Assembly (NCBI GenBank): GCA_036004705.1
Contig: DASYRF010000339.1
Coordinates: 1,676 to 65,675 of the forward strand
Reading direction: 5' to 3'
Source: Myxococcota bacterium
GTDB taxonomy: Bacteria; Myxococcota_A; Polyangia; DASYRF01
DNA: 64,000 nt
Shown piece after piece: positions 25,319-33,589 of the stretch; the stretch's first letter is position 1; each line of letters starts with the position of its first letter. A model generated the notes under the pieces. It searched no databases, was not told the DNA's origin, and saw only the letters and a program-made list of their open reading frames with translations. Position numbers and translations under genes: made by a program.

Positions 25319-27484
25319 TCAGGCGCGCGGGCGGGTGCGGGCGCGGCGGCGCGCGGCCGCGAGCGCGATCAGTGCGATGACGAGGAGCAGGGGTGCGCCG
25401 CCGCTGCCGGCGCCGCCCGCGATCCCATCGGTGCTTGGCGGCGAGGCGCGGCCGGCCACCACGACGCAGCCGCAGCCGCGGCCGCCGCCGCTGCCGCCGC
25501 CGCCGCCGTCTCCGGCGCCGCCGGGCCCGCCGTCGCCGCCGGGCGCGGCCGCGTCCAGGCCGGGCGTCGCGGCGTCGCCGGCGTTGGGCGTGCCGGAGTC
25601 GGAGAGCGGCGGCGGGCCGGGCGCGCCGAGGCGCCGCGCGTAGCGCGACACCGACACCTCGTCGAGGGCGCCGGCGAAGGCGCCGTCCCCGGCGGGGCAG
25701 GCGGCGCGCGCGCCGGCCGCGCCGATCGTCAGCGATGCGCCCGCTACCGGGGCGAGCGTTCCCGTGGCGAGCGTGGCCGCCGCCACGGGCGCGTCGTCGA
25801 GCCAGCAGCCCGCCGCGCCGCTCATGCCGTCCCACTCGCAGGACACGTGCGTCCAGACACCGAGCGCCAGCGCCGGCGTCGCGAGCGACTGCTCACCGGC
25901 GCCGGCGACGCCGAAGCGGACCTGCAGCGCGCGATTCTCTTCGAGGACGACGGTATAGGAGCCCGTGCCGATGTCACCCTTGCCCAGAACGAGCCGCCAG
26001 TTGTTGTTGCCGTCGCAATCGGGCTCGACGTCGGGCCGCGCGTAGAAGTCGAGCGTCACGCCGTTCACGGGGCTGAGGCTGGCGGCGTCAGGCACTTCTA
26101 TCCAGTCGTCGACGCCGTCGAACGCCAGTGCCTTGCCGACGACGCCGTCGTTGGCGGCGGCGAACGCCAGCCCGCCGTGCAGCGTGCCGGTGTTGAAGTA
26201 GCCGGACACGTCGGGCGTGTGGCCGGTGTCGAGGGCGCCGTCCCAGCCGACGCTCTCGTTCAGGTGCCAGAAGCCGGCGTACTGGCCGTCGAGCCCGTCG
26301 TCGAACGACAGCTCCACGTAGTTGGACGTGTTGGAGCCGAAGAACGGCCAGACGTCGGTGCCGGGGCCGACGGGCAGCTCGGCGAAGGTCGACGGACCGG
26401 GCGAGGAGAAGAAGAGGCGCACGCCGTCGGTGGTACTGGGGTTCACGCCGCCGTCGACGACGGCGACTCCCCAGTTCGTCGGGTAGCCGAGCACGGAGGT
26501 GGCGTTGCGGCGCGGCCCGCAGCCGGGCGGGTCGTCGGGGGCGCGGCACGGCATGGGCGCGGCGTCGAAGAGGACGGCGTCGCCGTTGGGCATGACCCAC
26601 GGGTAGGCGCCGTGAATGGCGTCCTCCTCGTAGAAGACGGTTCCGTCAGCGGCGCGCAGCGTGCGCTCGGCGAGGCGGTACGTGCCAGAGACGTAGGGAT
26701 CGCCGATCATGCGCGTGAGCGATTGCGGCGCGGTCCAGCCGCCGGCGGCGCAGGCGGTGGCGTTCGTCGCGTACATGAGGTAGTCGATCTGCCCGTCGTT
26801 GTCCGGGTGACCCTGATAGATGAGGAGCTTCCCGTCGGCGGTGACGGTGGGCTCGATGCCCATGACCGGTGGGTCGAGCGGCGTGGGGGCGGGGTCGAGC
26901 ACGTAGCCGTAGACCTCGGCGGCGGCGGTGCGCGGGGACGACACCCACAACAATAGATGGCGGCGCCGCATGACGAAGCCGCCCATCGCGACGGGCGTCA
27001 CGGCATCGGAGTCGAGGAGCCACACGTCGTAACAGTCGTAGGGGCCGCCGGCGGCGGCCGCCCCGGCCGCGTCGCAGGCGTAGGGCGCCAGCGCCGGGTC
27101 CGGCTCGCAGATGGCAAGCGCGTTCTCGTTGATGGACGGCGGGCCGAGCAGCAGCGTGCGCGCCGACCACACCGGGCCGAGCGCGTCGGGCATCCCGTCG
27201 GCGAGGTAGGTGATGGCCTCGGGGCGTAGGACCTGGGCCTGCCAGCCGGCGCTGTCGCGCACCAGGAAGAGGCGCCCGTCGAACGAGACGTTGTGGCCGT
27301 TGCCCCCGAAGACGCTGGGGACGGAGCGGCTGCTCGTGACGGCGCGCGCGGGCGCGGGCGCGAGCGTGACGGTGACGGTGACGGCGACGGCGACGGCGAC
27401 GGCGAGCGCGAACGCACGAACGGCGAGCGCGGCGGCGGTGGCGGGCGCCCCGGCGCGCACGACCCTGCCCTGGTGATGCCTCAT
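25319..27484 (-). CDS. Secreted LamG/concanavalin-like-domain protein with a MYXO-CTERM-type sorting signal
   Basis: SD GGAGGG then ATG 27484. Signal peptide with (AV)n(TV)n. LamG-like region (LAFDGVDDWIEVPD ... FAGALDEVSVS). C-terminus has a Gly-rich stretch, GCGC, the hydrophobic LLLVIALIALAAA and RRRAR. Only the 3' 2166 nt of track ORF 25319..29821 is coding. Confidence 0.85.
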   Translation of the reverse strand: MRHHQGRVVRAGAPATAAALAVRAFALAVAVAVAVTVTVTLAPAPARAVTSSRSVPSVFGGNGHNVSFDGRLFLVRDSAGWQAQVLRPEAITYLADGMPDALGPVWSARTLLLGPPSINENALAICEPDPALAPYACDAAGAAAAGGPYDCYDVWLLDSDAVTPVAMGGFVMRRRHLLLWVSSPRTAAAEVYGYVLDPAPTPLDPPVMGIEPTVTADGKLLIYQGHPDNDGQIDYLMYATNATACAAGGWTAPQSLTRMIGDPYVSGTYRLAERTLRAADGTVFYEEDAIHGAYPWVMPNGDAVLFDAAPMPCRAPDDPPGCGPRRNATSVLGYPTNWGVAVVDGGVNPSTTDGVRLFFSSPGPSTFAELPVGPGTDVWPFFGSNTSNYVELSFDDGLDGQYAGFWHLNESVGWDGALDTGHTPDVSGYFNTGTLHGGLAFAAANDGVVGKALAFDGVDDWIEVPDAASLSPVNGVTLDFYARPDVEPDCDGNNNWRLVLGKGDIGTGSYTVVLEENRALQVRFGVAGAGEQSLATPALALGVWTHVSCEWDGMSGAAGCWLDDAPVAAATLATGTLAPVAGASLTIGAAGARAACPAGDGAFAGALDEVSVSRYARRLGAPGPPPLSDSGTPNAGDAATPGLDAAAPGGDGGPGGAGDGGGGGSGGGRGCGCVVVAGRASPPSTDGIAGGAGSGGAPLLLVIALIALAAARRRARTRPRA
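27366..27404 (-). repeat. Hexanucleotide tandem repeat (GTGACG)3(GCGACG)3 inside a signal-peptide coding region
   Basis: Read directly from the sequence. It encodes AVAVAVAVTVTVT of the LamG/MYXO-CTERM protein. Confidence 0.8.
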
Positions 27485-27541
27485 GGACCCTCCGCTGCCC
27501 GTGCCCCGCGCACCATAGCAGGGGGGAGCCGCGCGCGGGAA

Positions 27542-27550
27542 TGCTATGCT
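27542..27550 (+). promoter_or_regulatory. Extended -10 (TGcTATGCT) 6 nt upstream of the paralog-2 ATG (leaderless-type)
   Basis: TGcTATGCT-ggcggc-ATG(27557). No SD. Confidence 0.45.
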
Positions 27551-27556
27551 GGCGGC

Positions 27557-29965
27557 ATGAAGCAGCCGAGCGGAACGGCGGGGTTGGCGGGCGGCGGTGC
27601 GCGCGCCGGCGCGGTCCTCCGCCTCGCGTTCTGGGCGGCGGGGCTGATGGCGGGCGCGGCGGGCGCGACGGGGTGCGGCGGGTGCGGCGGCGGCGGGAAA
27701 GACGCGGGCGCGACCGACGCGGACTCGGGGCCGCCGCCCAACGAGGTGCTGCTGTTCCGCCCGCCGGCGGACGGCTCGCCGGCGCCGTTCGGGGACATCC
27801 CCTTCCCGAGCGACCTGTACCGCGACGCCGACGGTACGCTGGTCGACGACATCCCCGGGTTCGACCGCATCGTCGGCGCCAACGGCGCGTCGCTGGCCGC
27901 CGGGCTCGCGCCGCTCGACGGGTTCGCGCGCACCACCGCCGCCTACTTCTTCGTTTCCGGCGGCGAGCTGGAGCCGGGGACGCTGCCGCAGACGGCGCCC
28001 GACTCGGTGGGTCCGGCGTCCTCCGTGATGCTGATCGACGTCGACCCGGCCTCGCCCGACTTCGGCACGCACCTCCCCGTGCTGACCCGCTACATGCCCT
28101 CGTTGCAGGGGCTCGCCGTGCTGCCGCACCCCGGCACGGTGCTGGCCCCGCACACGCGCTACGCGGCGGTCGTGACCATCCAGGTGATGTACATGCCGTG
28201 CCTGCCGTACGACCGCGACGCCGAGCTGGACCGTATCCTCACCCTGCCGGCGGCGGCGCGCGCCACGCCGGCGGAGCTTCTCTACGGGGAGACGCTCGAC
28301 ACGCTGTTGGGGCTGGGCGTGGTGAGCGACCCGACGTTCGTCACTGGGCTCGCCGTTTTCACCACCGGCGACGCGACCGCGGACCTGTTGGCGGTGGCGC
28401 GTGACGTCGCCGACGTGGCGGCGTACCCCGATCCGGCGCTCGACACCGACCCCGCGTCCATCGCGCCCTTCAACCCGTTCCTGGTCGGGGCGAGCGGTAC
28501 GACCCCCACGCTCGACGACTGGCTCGGCACGCCCGACGACGACGCGAACGGGCTCGACTGGCCGGGTGGCGACAACGCCGGTGGCCGCGCCCACGACGCC
28601 ATCGGTGCCGTCGTCACCGGCGCCTTCGCCTCGCGCCTCTTTCTCGGCACGGGCGGCCATTTCGTGCCCGACGACGGGAGCGGGCCGCCCGAGGCGCAGG
28701 GAACGTGGCTCGCGCCGGTGACGTTCGTGCTGCCGGCGGCGGCGCCGCCGCCGGCGGGCTGGCCGGTCGTGATCTACGGCCACGGGCTGGGCGGCAGCCG
28801 CGCCTCGATGATGTCGGTGGCGAACGAGTACGCGCGCGCCGGCTTCGCCGTGGCGTCGATCGACTTCGTCTATCACGGCACGCGCGACGGCATCCCGGAC
28901 GTGGCCAACGAGTACCCGGGCACCTACGACGGCCCCGACGGCTTCGCCGACATGGGCGGGAACAACTTCACGTTCTTCGCCTTCTTCCAGGACGTCGGGG
29001 CGATGCGCGACAACTTCCGCCAGACGATCGCGGATCTGCTGTCGCTGGTGCGGCTGGTGCGCAGCCCGGCGCTGGACTTGGGGGCGGCGGCGCCGCTGCT
29101 GGGGTTCGCCCCGGCGCTCGACGCCGGCAACGTCTTCTACACGGGGAATTCGCTGGGCGGGATCATGGGCGTGACGTTCGCCGCCTACGCCGCGGACGTG
29201 CGCGCCGCCGCGCCGGTCGTGCCGGGTGGCGGGTTCGTGCACCTCTTGGGTGCCAACTCGGCCGGCTTCCGCGGGCTCATCGACAACGTCTTCGGCGTCG
29301 TCTACGGCGCGCTGGGCAACGAGCCGTACGATTCGTTCCACCCGCTGGGGAATCTCATCGAGATGGGGTTCGAGCCCGCCGACCCCATCGTGCATGCTGG
29401 GCACCTCGTGCTGGACCCGGTGCCGCTCGGACCGGGGGGCGCGGCGCTCGATCCGCGCAACGTGCTGATCGTCTACACGCTGGGCGACGAGACGGTGCCG
29501 AACCGCGCGACCGACGCGCTGCTCGACGCCGCGGGGCTTCCGGTGGTGGCGCCGCTGCTGGTGGCGGCGGACGCGTTCGGCCTGCCGCTGCCGGGCGATG
29601 GCTCGGCGGCGCCGATCGCGGGGAACTTCGGCGGCGGCGTGGCGACGGCCGGGGCGGTGCAGTACGCGCCGGCCACGCACGGGCTGGGCGCCAGCCGTTG
29701 GGGGACGCGCAACTATCTCCCCGGCTTCCCGGTGGACGGTGCCGACGATCGCTTCCCGGCGCTGGCGGTGCCCGTGACGATCGAGATGCCGATCCGAGAG
29801 GTGCTCGCGCAGATCGTGCACTTCTTCCAGACGGCGCTCGACGGAACGGCGGCGCCGGAGATCATCAGCACGGCGCCGCCGGTGGCGGACTTCGACGGCG
29901 ACGGCGTGACCGACGCCGACGAGATGGCGGCCGGCACCGACCCGTACGATCCGACGAGCCTCTAG
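27557..29965 (+). CDS. Secreted lipoprotein alpha/beta-hydrolase (lipase/esterase-like), paralog 2 of 4
   Basis: ATG 27557. Lipobox GATGCGGC. FPSDLY N-terminal motif, YGHGLGGSR, YHGTRD. Elbow GNSLGG with candidate Asp (GDETVPN) and His (PATHGL). C-terminal DFDGDGVTDADE..DPYDPTS calcium-type repeat. Confidence 0.88.
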   Translation: MKQPSGTAGLAGGGARAGAVLRLAFWAAGLMAGAAGATGCGGCGGGGKDAGATDADSGPPPNEVLLFRPPADGSPAPFGDIPFPSDLYRDADGTLVDDIPGFDRIVGANGASLAAGLAPLDGFARTTAAYFFVSGGELEPGTLPQTAPDSVGPASSVMLIDVDPASPDFGTHLPVLTRYMPSLQGLAVLPHPGTVLAPHTRYAAVVTIQVMYMPCLPYDRDAELDRILTLPAAARATPAELLYGETLDTLLGLGVVSDPTFVTGLAVFTTGDATADLLAVARDVADVAAYPDPALDTDPASIAPFNPFLVGASGTTPTLDDWLGTPDDDANGLDWPGGDNAGGRAHDAIGAVVTGAFASRLFLGTGGHFVPDDGSGPPEAQGTWLAPVTFVLPAAAPPPAGWPVVIYGHGLGGSRASMMSVANEYARAGFAVASIDFVYHGTRDGIPDVANEYPGTYDGPDGFADMGGNNFTFFAFFQDVGAMRDNFRQTIADLLSLVRLVRSPALDLGAAAPLLGFAPALDAGNVFYTGNSLGGIMGVTFAAYAADVRAAAPVVPGGGFVHLLGANSAGFRGLIDNVFGVVYGALGNEPYDSFHPLGNLIEMGFEPADPIVHAGHLVLDPVPLGPGGAALDPRNVLIVYTLGDETVPNRATDALLDAAGLPVVAPLLVAADAFGLPLPGDGSAAPIAGNFGGGVATAGAVQYAPATHGLGASRWGTRNYLPGFPVDGADDRFPALAVPVTIEMPIREVLAQIVHFFQTALDGTAAPEIISTAPPVADFDGDGVTDADEMAAGTDPYDPTSL

Positions 29966-29972
29966 CGGCGCG

Positions 29973-30069
29973 GCGGGCGTGGGGGCGCGTCGCGCGGGGT
30001 CGCGGCGGGCGTGGCGTCGCGTCGCGCGGGGTCGCGGTGGGCGCGGAGTCGCGTCGCGCGTGGTCGCCG
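29973..30069. repeat. Three tandem copies of a 32-bp GC-rich intergenic repeat
   Basis: Core GCGTCGCGCGGGGTCGCGG at 29987 and 30019, and GCGTCGCGCGTGGTCGCCG at 30051. The 32-bp period is not a multiple of 3. Lies between the tandem hydrolase paralogs. Confidence 0.75.
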
Positions 30070-30105
30070 CGAGGGTCGGTGGTTTCGAGGCGCGCGAAGC
30101 GGCGC

Positions 30106-30111
30106 TATGCT
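30106..30111 (+). promoter_or_regulatory. -10-like TATGCT 6 nt upstream of the paralog-3 ATG (leaderless-type)
   Basis: GCTATGCT-gcgctc-ATG(30118). TTTCGA lies at 30083-30088, 17 bp upstream. Confidence 0.4.
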
Positions 30112-30117
30112 GCGCTC

Positions 30118-32505
30118 ATGCGAAGCATCGTCGTCCGAGGGAGCCTGGGAGCCGTCGTCTGCGCGGCGGTCGCCTTGGGCGCGGGGTGCGACTGCAAGCC
30201 GGCGGCGACCGACGCCGGGAGCGAGGCCGGCGACGCGGGCGGGCCGCCGCCCGAGGAGGTCATCCTCTTTCGACCGCCCGCCGACGGAACGCCGCCGCCG
30301 TGGGGCGACGTGCCCTGGCCGTCGGACCTGTACGTCGACAGCGACGGCACGCTCGTCGACGAGATCCCCGGGCTCGACCGCGTCGTGCGCGCCAACGAAG
30401 CGTCGCTGAACGGGGCGTTCGCGCCGCTGCACGGGTTCGGGCGCTCGACGGCCATCTACTTCCTGGTGTCGGGCGGACAGCTCGAGACCGACACGCTGCC
30501 CGCTTCGCCCTACGAGACGCTCGGCAGCCAGGCGGCCGTCTTCATCGCCAACGTGGATCCGGCGTCGCCGCGCTTCGGCGAGCAGGTCCCCGCGCTGGTG
30601 CGCTGGCAGCCGTCGATCGGCCCCGGTCCCGGCGCCATCGCGGTGCTGCCCCATCCGGGCTCGCTGCTCGATCGCGGTACGCGCTACGCCGTGGTGGTCA
30701 CGCCCTTCGTGACCTACATTCCGTGCCAGCCCTATCTCCCCGACGCGGCACTGGCGGCGATCCTGGCGCTGCCCGCGGCCGAGCGCACGACTCCGGCCGA
30801 GATCCTCTACGGCGACGCGTTCGACGCGCTGGTGGCGACGGGCAACGTGTTTGGCCCCGAGTACGTCTCGGCGATGGCGGTCTTCACGACGATGTCGGCG
30901 ACCGAAGACATGGTCGCGATCGCCACGGCCGTCGCCGACCCAGCCGTCTATCCGGACCCGCAGTTCCAGGACGACCCGGCGGCGATCGCGCCCTACAAGC
31001 CCTTCCTCGCAGGGGCGGCCGGCACGAGCCCGACGCTGGACGAATGGTTCGGCCTCCCGGAGGACGACCCGGCCACGGGGCTCGACGCGCCGGGGGAAGA
31101 CAACCCGGGCGGCATTCCGCACGACGCGATCGGCGCCGTGCTGACGGGCGCCTTCGAGACCGTCACGTTCCTGGGCGCGAACGGCCACGTCGTGCCGGAC
31201 GACGGCAGCGGCCCGCCCGAGCCGCAGGGGACGTGGCTCGTGCCGGTGACGTTCATCTTCCCGAACACGCCGCCGCCGGCGGGAGGCTGGCCGGTGATCG
31301 TCCACGGCCACGGGCTGGGCAACAGCCGCAAGGGCGCGCTCGGCCTGGCCAACGAGCTCTGTCGCGCGGGGTTCGTCGTGGCGGCGATCGATTTCGTCTA
31401 CCACGGCACGCGCGACGGAATCGACGACGTGACGAGCACGTTCGGCGGCACCTACGCGGGCCCGGACGGCTACGCCGACGCGCAGGGAAACAACTTCAAC
31501 TTCTTTGCCTATTTCAACGACGGCGTGGCGATGCGCGACAACTTCCGCCAGACGATCGCGGACAACCTCGCGCTGGTGCGCCTGCTGAAGAGCCCGGCGC
31601 TCGACCTGAGCGACGCGGCGCCGGCGCTGGGCGGCGTCGTGCCGCTGCTCGACGCGACGAATCTGTTCTGGACCGGCGGCTCGCTGGGCGGAATCATGGG
31701 CACGATGGTCGGGGCGTACGCGCCCGAGCTGCGCGCGGTCGAGCTGACCGTGCCGGGCGGCGGCTTCGTGCACTTGCTGGCGTCGAACTCGGCGGGCTTC
31801 CAGGGGCTCATCGGCGGCGTGCTGATGGTCATCTTCGGGTCGGTCGGCACGGAGCCCTTCGACTCGTTCCACCCCGTGGCGAACCTGATCGAGACGGGGT
31901 TCGAGCCAGGCGACCCGCTCGTGCACGCGGAGCACCTGTTCCGCGATCCGCTGCCCCTCGGCGCCGGCGGCGCGGCGGTCGCGCACAGCGTGCTGGTGTC
32001 GTACGCGCTCGACGACGAGACGCTCCCCAACCGCGCCACCGACGCGCTGATGGGGGCGATGGGCCTGCCGGTGGCGAACCCGTCGCTCGTCGGCGCGGAC
32101 GGCTACGGCGTGATGCTGGCGGCCGAAGACACGCCGCTGAGCGGCAACGTCGCCGCGCCCGCCGGGGCGACGCCCGCGGCCGTGACGGCCGCGGCGATCC
32201 AGCACTCCCCGGCGACGCACGGGCTCGCCTATCTGCGTTGGGACGGGCGGGCCTTCCTGCCGGGTGCGCCGTTCGACGACGGCAGCGGGGAGCGCTTCCC
32301 GATGGCGCCGATGGCCGTGACGATCGACATGGACATCGCCGGCGTGCAGCAGGAGATCGTGCACTTCTTCACGACGGCGCTGGGCGGCGCCACGCCCGAG
32401 ATCGACGTGTACGCCCCGCCGGTGGCCGATTGGGACGACGACGGCGTCCCCGATGCCGACGAGCTCGTCGCCGGCACCGATCCCTACGACCCCACGTCGT
32501 TCTGA
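30118..32505 (+). CDS. Secreted lipoprotein alpha/beta-hydrolase (lipase/esterase-like), paralog 3 of 4 (tandem copy)
   Basis: ATG 30118. Lipobox LGAGCDC. Collinear with 27557..29965 over its full length (WPSDLY, HGHGLGNSR, YHGTRD, GGSLGG, DDETLPN, PATHGL, DWDDDGVPDADE..DPYDPTS). Confidence 0.88.
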   Translation: MRSIVVRGSLGAVVCAAVALGAGCDCKPAATDAGSEAGDAGGPPPEEVILFRPPADGTPPPWGDVPWPSDLYVDSDGTLVDEIPGLDRVVRANEASLNGAFAPLHGFGRSTAIYFLVSGGQLETDTLPASPYETLGSQAAVFIANVDPASPRFGEQVPALVRWQPSIGPGPGAIAVLPHPGSLLDRGTRYAVVVTPFVTYIPCQPYLPDAALAAILALPAAERTTPAEILYGDAFDALVATGNVFGPEYVSAMAVFTTMSATEDMVAIATAVADPAVYPDPQFQDDPAAIAPYKPFLAGAAGTSPTLDEWFGLPEDDPATGLDAPGEDNPGGIPHDAIGAVLTGAFETVTFLGANGHVVPDDGSGPPEPQGTWLVPVTFIFPNTPPPAGGWPVIVHGHGLGNSRKGALGLANELCRAGFVVAAIDFVYHGTRDGIDDVTSTFGGTYAGPDGYADAQGNNFNFFAYFNDGVAMRDNFRQTIADNLALVRLLKSPALDLSDAAPALGGVVPLLDATNLFWTGGSLGGIMGTMVGAYAPELRAVELTVPGGGFVHLLASNSAGFQGLIGGVLMVIFGSVGTEPFDSFHPVANLIETGFEPGDPLVHAEHLFRDPLPLGAGGAAVAHSVLVSYALDDETLPNRATDALMGAMGLPVANPSLVGADGYGVMLAAEDTPLSGNVAAPAGATPAAVTAAAIQHSPATHGLAYLRWDGRAFLPGAPFDDGSGERFPMAPMAVTIDMDIAGVQQEIVHFFTTALGGATPEIDVYAPPVADWDDDGVPDADELVAGTDPYDPTSF

Positions 32506-32508
32506 TTT

Positions 32509-32526
32509 CGCGGGACATCGCCCGCG
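32509..32526 (+). terminator. Hairpin just after the paralog-3 stop
   Basis: CGCGGG-acatcg-CCCGCG starts 4 nt after TGA 32503-32505. No U-tract. Confidence 0.35.
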
Positions 32527-32563
32527 CGCCGGCGCCGGTACCGTTCGGCGGCTCTGCTGGCCG

Positions 32564-33505
32564 CTATCTGGCGCGCGGGACGACCAGGTGCGCGCGCTGA
32601 GCCGCGGCGCGGACCTGGGCGAGGGCGCCGGAGTTGAACGCGAGGGCGTCGGCCTCGACACCGTCGCTGAAGATGACGCCGCCCGTGGGCATGTGCGACT
32701 CGAAGGCGATGGCCTGACCCGGGTCGAGGACGCCGGCGACGATCCCGGCGCGCGAATGCTTGCTGACGAACGGCTCGCGCACCACGAACACCAGGTGCGG
32801 GTCGTCCCAGGGCAGGCGCAGCACCGGCGTAGCGGCGGCGGGCGCGGCGCCGGCGAGCACGCTGGTGAAGGCGGTGATGCCGGCGGCCATGTTGAACATG
32901 GAGGAAAGCCAGCCGGTGGAGCCGGCGCCGGTGGAGACGAGCACGCCGCTGGACGAGTGCGCCTCGGCGCGACCGCCGACCTCGATTCGGTAGCGCGCCG
33001 AGACGTGCGTGCGCGCGCCCACGAAGAAGTCGTTGAACGCGAGCAACCGCTGGCCGTCCCTTAGTACGGCTTCGGCGAGGGTCACCGCGCGGAAGGCGGC
33101 TGTTTCCGCGGCGACGGACTCGACGGCGGCGCGCGCCTGCGCCGGCTGGAAGGGCAGGAGCACGCCGTCGAAGCGCGCCGGATCGGGGTTGACGGCCACG
33201 AGGGGCTGGGCGCCGGCGTACTTGGCGACGTTGGCGACGAGCCCGTCCTGGCCGAGCGTAACGATCAGGTCGGACGGCGCGAACAGGAACGTGGGTACGA
33301 GTGCGCGGTCGACGCGTTGGACCTTGAGCCCGGTGGCCTCCAGCGCCGCGCGCACGGCGTCGAGCGCGGCGCGGTAGGCGTCGTCCTCGTGCTCGTAGTC
33401 GGCGAAGTCGCCGCCGGCGTGCTCGACGTAGAACTTCGCCTGCGCGCGCGTGTTGAACCGCTCCACCAGCTCCTGGAGGCGCGTCTTGCGCGTCACCAGC
33501 ACCAC
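32564..33505 (-). CDS. ATP-NAD kinase-fold protein (NAD kinase/diacylglycerol-kinase-like)
   Basis: GTG 33505. Motifs TLGQDGLV (GGDG-like), NDFFVG (NE-like) and STGAGSTGW (TPTGSTAY-like). Confidence 0.8.
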   Translation of the reverse strand: MVLVTRKTRLQELVERFNTRAQAKFYVEHAGGDFADYEHEDDAYRAALDAVRAALEATGLKVQRVDRALVPTFLFAPSDLIVTLGQDGLVANVAKYAGAQPLVAVNPDPARFDGVLLPFQPAQARAAVESVAAETAAFRAVTLAEAVLRDGQRLLAFNDFFVGARTHVSARYRIEVGGRAEAHSSSGVLVSTGAGSTGWLSSMFNMAAGITAFTSVLAGAAPAAATPVLRLPWDDPHLVFVVREPFVSKHSRAGIVAGVLDPGQAIAFESHMPTGGVIFSDGVEADALAFNSGALAQVRAAAQRAHLVVPRAR

Positions 33506-33589
33506 TTTTTCCCACGACGCCAGGAGGCCTCCTCCAACTAGCTCTTGCCGCGCATCGTCTACCTCGCTTTCCGGGCGCCTGGAAAACCG

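Noticed and set aside
27485-29821. The 5' two-thirds of the 1500-aa track ORF 25319..29821 (-)
   Set aside because: It is antisense to hydrolase paralog 2 and Arg/His/Gly-rich. A good SD and signal peptide mark the real start at 27484.
29973-30069. CRISPR-like interpretation of the 32-bp repeats
   Set aside because: The units are directly contiguous with no spacers. There are only three copies, they are degenerate, and no cas genes are present.
33522-33533. Palindrome AGGAGGCCTCCT as an SD-sequestering switch for the NAD-kinase-fold gene
   Set aside because: The AGGAGG lies about 22 nt upstream of GTG 33505, too far to serve as its SD. The palindrome allows only a 4-bp stem once a loop is included. 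It is kept only as a noted palindrome.
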